From: an uncultured Ignavibacteriaceae bacterium
Lineage (GTDB): Bacteria > Bacteroidota > Ignavibacteria > Ignavibacteriales > Ignavibacteriaceae
DNA length: 64,000 nt
Assembly: GCA_964559565.1 (NCBI GenBank)
Contig: CAZLJI010000001.1
Coordinates: 24,053-88,052, forward strand
Reading direction: 5' to 3'
Part shown: in pieces, positions 1 through 9,215 of the stretch
How positions within the stretch are numbered: the first letter of the stretch is position 1
Layout: each line of letters opens with the position of its first letter
Program-made: the position numbers and the translations under genes
Notes under the pieces: model-generated
What the model saw: only the letters and a program-made list of their open reading frames with translations
Databases searched by the model: none
Told to the model about the DNA's origin: nothing

Positions 1-2535
1 TACGTTTGCAGCATTAAAGCTTATGTCATCGTATCCATTGTAACCCATAATTATATATCTAGTATTTCCTAGTTGACTTCCAGAATCTGTTTGAAAAATA
101 TGAGCTGCATTGAAATTTGAAAACTTACAATTCAAAATATTCATAACATTAGGTTGATTTACGCCCATGCTTTCACTTCCAGCGTAAATTCCATAATGAT
201 ACATTGTGTAAGTATGATTTAGTGTTAATCCTGTACCATCAAATTCACAATTGTCTAATGTAATAGTTCCAGAGCCACCAGTATCTGGATCTGTTACAAA
301 ACAAAGCATATATGTATTTTCAGAAGCTGCAAGAGCAGCAAATTTTTTAATAGATGTATTTTTAAACGTTAACCTCGTGGTATTGTTATCTACTCTTGAT
401 CCTATTATTACTCCTTGTTGGTATCCAGCGGTAGCATGAGCAAAATTTGTAATCATCACACCATCGAATACTATATTGGAGTTAACCGCAGCAGAATTTA
501 CATTGATAGATATTGCAGATCCTTCGTAAAAATTAGCACTTCCTGCAATAAGCTTTCCGTTTCCAATTAATTTTAAATTGGAAATGTTGATATCGCATCC
601 AATAGCACCAGAAGTTAACACTAAATTTAACATGGTAGCGTCCATGGTGCTAGTGTGTTTTATTGCAACTGTTAATCCATCTACCACCAAAGACATATCT
701 GCATTGCTAATACTGAAATCAACAAAGCCAACCGTCGTTCCACCATAAGCAGAATAACAATCAAGCACACAATTTCTGATTAAAATTCTTCCTTCATTTG
801 TGTATGTTCTTATTCCTCTCTTTGATGTCCCTCTAACAGAACAATAACAATCTTCAACAGAAACATATTTCGATGCATGAACTGATATTCCTTCACCATC
901 TACTGTCCCACCACTAGAACCATCAATAATGCAGTTTTTTATAACAGTAGAAATACAGCTATCTACATCAAGAGCCAATCCGTTTGATGCCGCGGTAATG
1001 TAACAATTCTCAACAGAAGAATATAAATATCCAATAAGCAAAACATAATCGCTAAAAGAGCACTCGGATATCCTAGACAAAACACCAGTAAATCTAGTCT
1101 GTCCTGTAAATGTAGCTTTTTGTATATCACATTTATTTACTACGTTGACTAACTGTTTGCCAGCACCGGTCCATTGGCCACCGTAAATCTTAACAGCGCC
1201 AATAAACGTCAACCCGTAACCACTTGAATGAGAAAAAGTAATTGTTGCTCCATTAAATGTATCCTCGAAAAGTATACATATTGCCTTATTGTATGTTTTG
1301 CTTGTGGTTACAGTGTAACTTCCGTCTTTTACAAAAATTACTCCACCATCAGCGCTACCGGCCTCAATAGCATCCATAGCTGCAACAAGCGCTGTTGCAC
1401 CTTTAAAATCATAATTACCAGTACCAGCTTCGCTAATCGTGTATGTAACAGGTTTTCTGTCCCTCGATGCTTCTACCTGAAACATTACATCGTTGTTAAC
1501 GGTTGGTCTAAATCCAATAGCCGTGTCTTGAATAGCACCAACATTCAAATCTTCGTATTCAGATTCGATTGAATATTGACACCATAATGTTCCTGTGTAC
1601 GCCTCGCTTAGATGAATATACGGATTGGTGTAAAACCCATTTGCATCTGCATCTGAAGAAGGATTTAGTTGTGCCGTATTAGATGAGTTGTATACTTCTA
1701 GTACCCAAAATTTTTGATTGTTGGTGACATATCCTATTTCATAGGTGTGAGGCACGCCGCTATTATTGGCAAACAATCCGAAATACCTTGATGCTGTTCC
1801 TGTTGCTCCTTTTCCAATGTATACTTTCCCAGTTATCTGAAATTCAGAAACTGCCGATAATGCATAAGATGAAACCGTTGTCTTTGCAAAAATCTTCTTT
1901 ACGGTAGCGGTTTCTGTAGCATATGGATTCGATGAAGATGCCGCAGGAGAGGCACCATCAAGCGCATCCTTTTCGTCTGAAGTCGGTATATTTGCATAAT
2001 CCGTTTGATCTATAAGACCATACTTATTGTTTCCAGAAATTGGAGTAGGAAGTGTTATTGCATTAGAGTCGGTTGAATCCTGTGAAATGTAAGAATTGAT
2101 TATCGTGGTAGCTCCCATAGGGATAGATATCTTACAAATTGTAACCGAGTTTGTATCCCTATCAGCCGATTCACCTATCTTTAAGTATGCAGCCGTTTGT
2201 GAGCTTTGCGCGTACACAACATCACACCATAAATAATAAGTTAAAGCACCTCCGCTTGCATCGAAATCAAAATTCAAATCAAAAGAAGCATCATACCTTA
2301 CCGCAAGTTTGTATCCATCATCTGCGTTTTCGTGTAGCAAAAAACTATCTGAATCACTGCCAATTGTTATTGATATTCCTTTAGCTGGAACACTCTGCTG
2401 TGTAACAACAAAACCACGATAGACGCCTCGCGGAATAGCACTTAATTCGCGATTTATCGAAGACGAAACATACGGCTCCTGCCATCGTGTTTTTACTTTT
2501 GTTTGGTCAATAGATGTAGTTTTTATTATTGTCAT
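1..2535 (-). CDS. tail fibre/tailspike paralogue, partial (C-terminal end lies beyond window edge)
   Basis: Minus-strand frame is open from the ATG at 2535-2533 to position 1 (845 codons, no stop, so absent from the ORF track). The N-terminus MTIIKTTSIDQTKVKTRWQEPYVSSSINRELSAIPRGVYRGF matches the upstream 983-aa ORF at about 70 percent over the first ~50 residues. TAATG stop/start overlap at 2533-2537. Confidence 0.75.
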   Translation of the reverse strand, partial: MTIIKTTSIDQTKVKTRWQEPYVSSSINRELSAIPRGVYRGFVVTQQSVPAKGISITIGSDSDSFLLHENADDGYKLAVRYDASFDLNFDFDASGGALTYYLWCDVVYAQSSQTAAYLKIGESADRDTNSVTICKISIPMGATTIINSYISQDSTDSNAITLPTPISGNNKYGLIDQTDYANIPTSDEKDALDGASPAASSSNPYATETATVKKIFAKTTVSSYALSAVSEFQITGKVYIGKGATGTASRYFGLFANNSGVPHTYEIGYVTNNQKFWVLEVYNSSNTAQLNPSSDADANGFYTNPYIHLSEAYTGTLWCQYSIESEYEDLNVGAIQDTAIGFRPTVNNDVMFQVEASRDRKPVTYTISEAGTGNYDFKGATALVAAMDAIEAGSADGGVIFVKDGSYTVTTSKTYNKAICILFEDTFNGATITFSHSSGYGLTFIGAVKIYGGQWTGAGKQLVNVVNKCDIQKATFTGQTRFTGVLSRISECSFSDYVLLIGYLYSSVENCYITAASNGLALDVDSCISTVIKNCIIDGSSGGTVDGEGISVHASKYVSVEDCYCSVRGTSKRGIRTYTNEGRILIRNCVLDCYSAYGGTTVGFVDFSISNADMSLVVDGLTVAIKHTSTMDATMLNLVLTSGAIGCDINISNLKLIGNGKLIAGSANFYEGSAISINVNSAAVNSNIVFDGVMITNFAHATAGYQQGVIIGSRVDNNTTRLTFKNTSIKKFAALAASENTYMLCFVTDPDTGGSGTITLDNCEFDGTGLTLNHTYTMYHYGIYAGSESMGVNQPNVMNILNCKFSNFNAAHIFQTDSGSQLGNTRYIIMGYNGYDDISFNAANV

Positions 2536-5486
2536 TATGGCCTCGCTGTAACACTACTAACACTATTCATCGTTGCATCTCCGGTATTAACAAGACCAGA
2601 TTTATAAGATATAGCTCCTGGTCCAGCATTTCCAATTGCGCTGCATCTAGATGTAGTATCCGATGCATACAATATGTATTCTGATCCAGAATTGTACATT
2701 CTAATCGTATTAGCGTTGAATGCATGAGCCTGTATCGAACCAGAAACATCAATGTAGCAATAATACTCTAGTCCAACATCTGCTACTTCCATGAAACTGT
2801 TTCCAGAAATAACATTATGGTAAGACGTGCTATAAACCCTTGCTAATAATGTTCCTGCCAATCCGCTTCCTGTGTTTATCGCAGAAATGTTGTTGCAAAA
2901 AACAAGAGTTCCTGCATTTGATGAAGATCCATGAAACAAATCATTGTGCCTACAATTATTAAACTTGTTTCCAATAACCTCCAGAAAAGCTGTATTGTAA
3001 TTTGAAAAGCTTATTGCTCTATGCCTAGTAGATGTGGTTCCAGTCGTAGCAGACGACAAATCAAAATCACAATTTCTTATCCTTATTACTCCAAGTGAAT
3101 TGTCATATGTATGTGCAATACTATTCCAATGTGAATAACTAATTGTTCCTTGGCTTGTAAAATGCGTTGTAGTAAGTCTATTTATCTCGACAAAACTTTT
3201 TACTGACATGGCCGCTACATTGACAAGAACGCCACAATAATCAGGATCCGTAGAAGTAGAAGGAAGAAGACCAACTACATTCATTCCGTCAAGCAAAAGC
3301 TTTGTTTGGCATGCACTTGAATCGGTAACAAGTAACCTCACTATACCATTGTTTTTTACACTTGGTGCACCTGGACCAGCGCCTGTAATAGTATTTCCAC
3401 CTCCAAATATTTCTACATTTCTAAATGTTATGTTTACACTCTTGGCCAAAGTTGACGCGCTAGTAACGTTGATCAAGGGACTAGTAAGATCACTAGAATG
3501 ATTTACATATATAAATACTCCATCAAAAACAGCAGAAACTACTCCGATGAAACTATCGTGGTAGTTGATATAATCAATTGATCCTTGCGTGCTGTTTGAT
3601 CCAAATGCCGCATTTACATGTATTACAGAATTGTAAAAATAAACATTTTCAAATACCGCAAGCGAATCAATTTTTATGGCCGAATATGCTTGCTTACATT
3701 TAAAAACACAATTGCTAAAAGATGACGAAAGAAGCGACGAATTCGCACCAAAGTATATTCCAGGACCATTTACGCTGTTATCTCTTGTACCGTCAAAAAC
3801 ACAATTTTCAAATTTTACCTTCTTGTTTGTTCCACTAATAGTTACAGCATAAGCACCATATGATTTAAAAACACAATTTATCCATGCTGAACCATTGGAT
3901 ATAGCCGACAAATTAGCCATTGTGTTTGCAGCAGCAGAGTCAAATAAACATGATTCAACTACCCCGCCATCAGGAGTTGTGTCTGAACCAGATCCATGGA
4001 AAAATACTTTTCCATATACAAACTTGCAAAACCTTAAAAAATATTGTGAATCAAATTGTATTAAACTAGCAGATGTAGTTGCGCCAATCTCCATATTCTC
4101 AATTTGCACCGGAGCGGAAAATGTGATCCCGTATCCACTCGAATGTTGCATTGACAATTTACATGTTGCATCAATAGAACCATGAACCCATCCGACCGTC
4201 TCGCCGATTATTTTAACCGGTTTTGTATATGTCCTGTTCCCGCCGCTCCCTGTCCATACATACGTTCCGTTTTTTACGTATATAACTGCCGAATCAACTG
4301 TAAGACTTGCCTCTAATGCATCAAGTGCATCAATAATCGCATTCGTTCCTGCGAAATCAACCTTTTGCGTGGTGTCCGTTGAAACGGTATATGTAACAGG
4401 TTTCCTTGCGTTGTTAGCATATGCGAGATAAGAAACATCTACAGAAGCGCCGGTTCTTCCGCTCCCTGTTTCTGAAATAAAGCCATTTACAGATTGGTTC
4501 CCAAATGTACTAGCAACACCACATCTAACCCCTATGCTTGTTACGCCGATTGCGCCTGACAAATAAATGTAAGGATTGGTGTAAAATCCGTTCGCATCTG
4601 CATCAGAAGAAGGTGTCACTTGCGCCGAATCATCGTTTTTGTAGATAGCCGTTATGTAAATCTTGCTTGTAGATGCACCTGAATATTCATCTGGATTCTG
4701 GTTTCCACCAGTAAAGGAATAAAGACCAAACCATTTTTGTGCCGTGCCTATTGCACCTGTTCCAATGTAATAGCTTCCAGTAAGTTGGAATTTTGTTTCT
4801 GTACCTGCAAGACTCCCAACTGTAACCAATGTCGGTTTGGCAAAAACTTTATCTACCGTAGCATCTTCTGTTACGTATGGATTCGACGAAGACGCCGCAG
4901 GAGAAGCATTCGATAATCCGTCTTTTTCATTAGCACTTGGAATCTGATTGAATAGCGTTTGATTCAATAAAGCCCAATCAGAATTGTTAGCTGGAATTGG
5001 AGTTGTTAATGTGTCATTGTCTTCCCAGTCTTGCGTAATGTAAGAATTGATAATAATGGTTGCGCCCATAGGAATTACTATCTTGCAAATTGTAATTGAA
5101 TCCGCGCTTCTGTCGCCAGATTCTCCCACAAGCAAAGATCCACTAGTAGCAGAACTTACGGTGTAATTCACATCACACCAAATGTAATAAGTTAAAGCAC
5201 CTCCGCTTGCATCAAAATCAAAATTCAAAGTCAAATCAGAATCATATCTAACTACAGTAGAATGACCGCTTGTGAAAGATCTGTGTACCAGAAGACTATC
5301 TTCGCCAGTCTTTATTTTTAACAAAACACCTTTTGCCGGTGTTGATTGTTGCGTAACCTCAAAGCCTCTATACACACCACGAGGTAACGCGGCCATTTCT
5401 TTGTTTATTGCAGATGAAACGTATGGCTCTTCCCATCGTGTTTTAATCTTTGATGTATCTATTACGCTTGTTTTAATCGTAGTCAT
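2535..5486 (-). CDS. tail fibre/tailspike with right-handed beta-helix (pectate-lyase-like) repeats
   Basis: 983-aa ORF with RBS AAGGTGGA before the ATG, at the distal end of the baseplate operon. Repeated short beta-helix-rung motifs are visible: IENMEIG, VESCLFD, WINCVFK, FENCVFD, FSNCVFK, FRNVEIF, IRNCDFD, FCNNIS. The N-terminal part is paralogous to the next ORF. Confidence 0.7.
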   Translation of the reverse strand: MTTIKTSVIDTSKIKTRWEEPYVSSAINKEMAALPRGVYRGFEVTQQSTPAKGVLLKIKTGEDSLLVHRSFTSGHSTVVRYDSDLTLNFDFDASGGALTYYIWCDVNYTVSSATSGSLLVGESGDRSADSITICKIVIPMGATIIINSYITQDWEDNDTLTTPIPANNSDWALLNQTLFNQIPSANEKDGLSNASPAASSSNPYVTEDATVDKVFAKPTLVTVGSLAGTETKFQLTGSYYIGTGAIGTAQKWFGLYSFTGGNQNPDEYSGASTSKIYITAIYKNDDSAQVTPSSDADANGFYTNPYIYLSGAIGVTSIGVRCGVASTFGNQSVNGFISETGSGRTGASVDVSYLAYANNARKPVTYTVSTDTTQKVDFAGTNAIIDALDALEASLTVDSAVIYVKNGTYVWTGSGGNRTYTKPVKIIGETVGWVHGSIDATCKLSMQHSSGYGITFSAPVQIENMEIGATTSASLIQFDSQYFLRFCKFVYGKVFFHGSGSDTTPDGGVVESCLFDSAAANTMANLSAISNGSAWINCVFKSYGAYAVTISGTNKKVKFENCVFDGTRDNSVNGPGIYFGANSSLLSSSFSNCVFKCKQAYSAIKIDSLAVFENVYFYNSVIHVNAAFGSNSTQGSIDYINYHDSFIGVVSAVFDGVFIYVNHSSDLTSPLINVTSASTLAKSVNITFRNVEIFGGGNTITGAGPGAPSVKNNGIVRLLVTDSSACQTKLLLDGMNVVGLLPSTSTDPDYCGVLVNVAAMSVKSFVEINRLTTTHFTSQGTISYSHWNSIAHTYDNSLGVIRIRNCDFDLSSATTGTTSTRHRAISFSNYNTAFLEVIGNKFNNCRHNDLFHGSSSNAGTLVFCNNISAINTGSGLAGTLLARVYSTSYHNVISGNSFMEVADVGLEYYCYIDVSGSIQAHAFNANTIRMYNSGSEYILYASDTTSRCSAIGNAGPGAISYKSGLVNTGDATMNSVSSVTARP

Positions 5487-5495
5487 TTATCCACC

Positions 5496-6479
5496 TTAAA
5501 CCACAAGATCAATCACATGGGAAAAAGAAACAGAACCTGTTTTTTTAAATCCAGGAAAGGTAAAGTAACAAACCATAACATCGTTATCATCGAAAATTCC
5601 ACCTTCAAAAAAGAACGGTGCGTTTCCTGTACCATCATCATTGGCTTCAGATGTTCCAACTGTAATCGTTACACGAGATCTTCCTGTTCCAACGCCTTGA
5701 AAAACTATGTCTCCAGGACTAAAGTCTTTTGTGAACGTGTACAAATAACTATAGTCTTCTGATTCCAAATCTTCTTTCCCTGGATCTGGCGCTTGTGGTT
5801 CTCCTTCATACTTGAAGGTAACCCTAACAGGATTTCCGTTCGGAACATTGTTTAAAAACGAAACAGAAATTGCTCCCGTAGCATAATTTATTGTTCCACT
5901 TCCACCCGGCGTTCCAGCAGCAGGAACAAGACTTCCAGCACCATCATCAACAAGCACTTGAGCATCTTCGTCCGATACGGTAACAGAACTTTCTCTTACC
6001 GGAATTGCTACAAGTGTATCACTGTAATTTTTCGTTCCACCGTCACCCTCGCCTATATCTTGTACTAGATTTCTTGATATTCTTCCTCTTGTCTTATACG
6101 TAGCATTTACAGCCGTTCCACCTGGAATACTTATAGTGAAAGTAGCTACCGCCGTACCTGCTTTGTAATTTATTGTTCCGGTTCCATCTCCGGTTAAGTT
6201 TCCATTTCCGTCATCTATTAGAGTCTTGCCTAAACAAGTTATAGTAACCGACTCATTTAAAATAGGAACGGCTGAAAAAGTACACAAAACAGTAATAGAC
6301 CCTATTCCTGTTCCTATTTGTTCGCTGTATTCTGGAGATGGTCTCCACCCGCCTTCGCCAAGCTTGAAATATTTAATCGAGCCACCAGTAACAAGGCCGC
6401 CTAAATATTTTATCCATTCATCTCTTCCACGCCAAGTTTGGAAAAGTTGAAACGGTTGTGGATCTGGAACAAGTGTCAT
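5496..6479 (-). CDS. baseplate/fibre-associated structural protein carrying two copies of the shared ~80-aa module
   Basis: 327 aa, RBS GGAG. The ends (YFKLGEGGW ... FFFEGGIFDDNDVMVCYFTF) resemble a tail-collar-fibre-like fold. Two internal modules are present: DDGNGNLTGDGTGTINYKAGTAVATF and DDGAGSL...GGSGTINYATGAISVSF. Paralogue of 6493-7443. Confidence 0.55.
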   Translation of the reverse strand: MTLVPDPQPFQLFQTWRGRDEWIKYLGGLVTGGSIKYFKLGEGGWRPSPEYSEQIGTGIGSITVLCTFSAVPILNESVTITCLGKTLIDDGNGNLTGDGTGTINYKAGTAVATFTISIPGGTAVNATYKTRGRISRNLVQDIGEGDGGTKNYSDTLVAIPVRESSVTVSDEDAQVLVDDGAGSLVPAAGTPGGSGTINYATGAISVSFLNNVPNGNPVRVTFKYEGEPQAPDPGKEDLESEDYSYLYTFTKDFSPGDIVFQGVGTGRSRVTITVGTSEANDDGTGNAPFFFEGGIFDDNDVMVCYFTFPGFKKTGSVSFSHVIDLVV

Positions 6480-6492
6480 GAATAAGTAACTC

Positions 6493-7443
6493 CTATATCA
6501 CAGCCGTTACATGTATGTTTATTTTTGTTGATCCATCATTCCATAATGCATTAAACGTGAAATAAAAAAGCATCACATCAGATTCAGAAAAAATACCACC
6601 CTCGAAAAAAACAGGCGTGTTCCCTGTTCCATCATCAATTCCCTCATACTCGTCTAGATGAATTGAACAAATTATCTTTCCTTCTGTTTCTCCTTGAAAA
6701 ACAATTTCACCATCCAAAAATGATCTTTGAAAGGTATACAATCCGCTAGTTGAAGCAGACTCTAAATCGCTTAATGCTGGATTTGGTGCCTTTGGAGCAA
6801 AGTTGTATTTGTATGTGATAGTAACCGGAACACCGTAATCAACAGCATCATCAAAATAAACTTGCACCTCGCCGCTTGCATAATCAATCGAACCAACGCC
6901 GTCGCCTGTCAATCCGCCGCTTCCGTCATCTGTTACAGATTGACTTCCTCCTGCAACTGTCACGGTACTTGGAACAACTGGAATTGCTAACACACACCCG
7001 TAATATGTTACTTTTGTACCAAGACTTGTTCCTATCGTCTCTGTCTTGAATCCGCTAACAGCACCCCTCGCTTTGTACTGAGCCTCAATATCTGTACCAA
7101 TGGAAACATCGCTATTGAATACAACTGATATTGCTCCGGTCTTATAGTTTACCGTTCCACTTCCATCCCCACTCAAAACGCCTAATCCATTATCTGTTAG
7201 TACTTGAGATCCATCGGTTACAGTTAAGTTATTTATTGCTATTGGAAGAGTTGTAACAGTACCAGAATAAGATTTTCCACCATCTCCAACATCAATAGTA
7301 TCTGTTATCAATGTTGATAATTCATATCCACCCTCACCTAATTTGAAATAACTTATCTTACCTAAAGACGAAAGACCTGTGAAAAATTTTACTTCCTCGT
7401 CTTTTCCATCGTTGGTATTTACAGATCCAATATTCAATCTCAT
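6493..7443 (-). CDS. baseplate/fibre-associated structural protein, paralogue of 5496-6479
   Basis: Start moved to the ATG at 7443 (MRLNIGS...), which forms an ATGA overlap with the upstream stop. Same architecture as its paralogue: YFKLGEGGY ... FFEGGIFSESDVMLFYFTF, with modules TDNGLGVLSGDGSGTVNYKTGAISVVF and TDDGSGGLTGDGVGSIDYASGEVQVYF. Confidence 0.55.
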   Translation of the reverse strand: MRLNIGSVNTNDGKDEEVKFFTGLSSLGKISYFKLGEGGYELSTLITDTIDVGDGGKSYSGTVTTLPIAINNLTVTDGSQVLTDNGLGVLSGDGSGTVNYKTGAISVVFNSDVSIGTDIEAQYKARGAVSGFKTETIGTSLGTKVTYYGCVLAIPVVPSTVTVAGGSQSVTDDGSGGLTGDGVGSIDYASGEVQVYFDDAVDYGVPVTITYKYNFAPKAPNPALSDLESASTSGLYTFQRSFLDGEIVFQGETEGKIICSIHLDEYEGIDDGTGNTPVFFEGGIFSESDVMLFYFTFNALWNDGSTKINIHVTAVI

Positions 7444-8456
7444 GATACAAATTCCCAACGTAAACCAGTGTCAACTACATAATCGTCCGCAGGAAGAATG
7501 TCATACCTATTTCCAATACTGATTACCATACTTCCGTTTGCATCTATCTGGTAGAGTTCAACATGAACAGGAATAACACCATTGCCATTGTTTACGCCTA
7601 ATTTTTCATATAGTCTTTGAAAAGCCTCCGTTATCGTTAATTCGTTTTGTCCACCTATTGTACCTGGAGTGATTTGAAGTTGTATCTTATTCGTTTTGCA
7701 TTTTACGCAATTACATCCACCAACAATACTTGTGTAAGATACAATAGGAACTTCGGTTCTTGTTCCGCCTAACGTGAAATCTACATACCCCCATCCATAA
7801 TCAATTGTTCCTTGTGTCAAATAAAGAGGAGCTGTTACATCCACAATTCCACTGCCATCATCTTGAAAGGTAACAGTTCCTCCACCACCTGATAACACCA
7901 CATATCCTTCAAATGTACTTGGTTTGCAAGGACTACATTTCAACCAGATCCTGTATCGCGAATCACCCGATACATCCGTTATTGTGTACGTTGGAGTCTC
8001 GTTCAAAATATGAGGTTCTGTTTGTTGATAATTTTCGCCGTCCCACCAAAGAGGAATGACGTTTACCTCGAATCCATGTACCCTACAAAGCACCACATAA
8101 CTATCTACAGTTCCCTTGATAATATTCCATCTGGCCGCAAGTGAAGACCTCATCCTTTGAAATTGTTCTGGTTCGGCCAAATCAATATCAATTCCAAAGT
8201 TCATTGCAAAATATTGAAGAAGGTCTTTTCGTATTTCCCATGGATCTGTTAGATTTTTGAATCTTTGAATGTATTTTCTAAGCCATTCAAAATTTGGACA
8301 CATCCCATCAATAAAATTCCTGTATGGATACCCAGCCTCAGCATCTTGTTCTCGCAAACTTTCTGGCATTTCATCGTACAAAACAATTTTGCACCAATTG
8401 ACTCCGCCAAACGGCGAGTTTCCAAAATTGCTATATCCAAATCCATAGTTCGGCAT
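7440..8456 (-). CDS. baseplate protein, P2 gpI-like (tail protein I family)
   Basis: 338 aa, located downstream of the gpJ-like gene. The N-terminal half (LTDPWEIRKDLLQYFAMNFGIDI ... RSSLAARWNIIKGTVDSYVVLCRVHGFEV) fits the gpI pattern (LLPwLAw ... KGT..avr..l..lG). The C-terminal half has a degenerate copy of the shared module (FQDDGSG...QGTIDYGWGYVDFTLGG). Confidence 0.5.
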   Translation of the reverse strand: MPNYGFGYSNFGNSPFGGVNWCKIVLYDEMPESLREQDAEAGYPYRNFIDGMCPNFEWLRKYIQRFKNLTDPWEIRKDLLQYFAMNFGIDIDLAEPEQFQRMRSSLAARWNIIKGTVDSYVVLCRVHGFEVNVIPLWWDGENYQQTEPHILNETPTYTITDVSGDSRYRIWLKCSPCKPSTFEGYVVLSGGGGTVTFQDDGSGIVDVTAPLYLTQGTIDYGWGYVDFTLGGTRTEVPIVSYTSIVGGCNCVKCKTNKIQLQITPGTIGGQNELTITEAFQRLYEKLGVNNGNGVIPVHVELYQIDANGSMVISIGNRYDILPADDYVVDTGLRWEFVS

Positions 8457-8466
8457 ATTATAAGCC

Positions 8467-9213
8467 CTAAATAGGATACTTTACAGTTACAATATCACCT
8501 GCCGTTGAACCCGCTCCAATCTGTATTACTGGAGCAGGAGATCCACCCGTTACCCAAGTCCATTCAGAAGTGCTCGCTGGAACGCCTGCCGTATAATGAC
8601 AAAGAGCCGTCCCGTAAAAAACATCAACTGAATCAGGAGCCATAATTGCATCGCTAAACCCAGCGCTTAAACCACCTTGCGTTGTGGCCGTAGGTGTTCC
8701 ACCGGTGCCAATGAACGTATCCCCGTTAGTTCCAATTGAAATTTGATTTCTCTTGAACCCAGAAGCAGTATAAATAGCTCCGGCATAACCATCCACAAAA
8801 ACTCTTCCGTTTCTAAAGTAAATTTTATCGTCTCTTCTAATTGCAATGCAAATTGAATCATCATTTGTAGGAAGTGTGTTTGCTTTTCTCGCTGTAACAG
8901 CTATCGTTCCCGTGGTTCCACGTGAAACATTCACATAAAAAATTGCACCTTCGGTTAAGGTTAAACTGCCTGCTGCAATAGAAAAAATGCCAGCCGTTTG
9001 CACTTCAATAATCTCAATCGCGCTTGACCACGTTAGCGTACTAGTCGATAGATCCCAGTCTATGGTGCCTCCGCCCATAATGATAAAAGAAGAATCTTCT
9101 AGTCTCGCATAAGCTGATTGATCTATTTGGGCAATCATTCTTGCAAATATGTCAAACCATGGATTTTGGTCTTCTGAAGGATAAATCCATTGCATCTTTG
9201 AAGTTTGAGGCAT
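8467..9213 (-). CDS. baseplate-module structural protein, function unknown
   Basis: 248-aa ORF with RBS GAGGAG, lying between the gpJ-like and gpI-like genes. No motif recognised. Confidence 0.6.
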   Translation of the reverse strand: MPQTSKMQWIYPSEDQNPWFDIFARMIAQIDQSAYARLEDSSFIIMGGGTIDWDLSTSTLTWSSAIEIIEVQTAGIFSIAAGSLTLTEGAIFYVNVSRGTTGTIAVTARKANTLPTNDDSICIAIRRDDKIYFRNGRVFVDGYAGAIYTASGFKRNQISIGTNGDTFIGTGGTPTATTQGGLSAGFSDAIMAPDSVDVFYGTALCHYTAGVPASTSEWTWVTGGSPAPVIQIGAGSTAGDIVTVKYPI

Positions 9214-9215
9214 AC

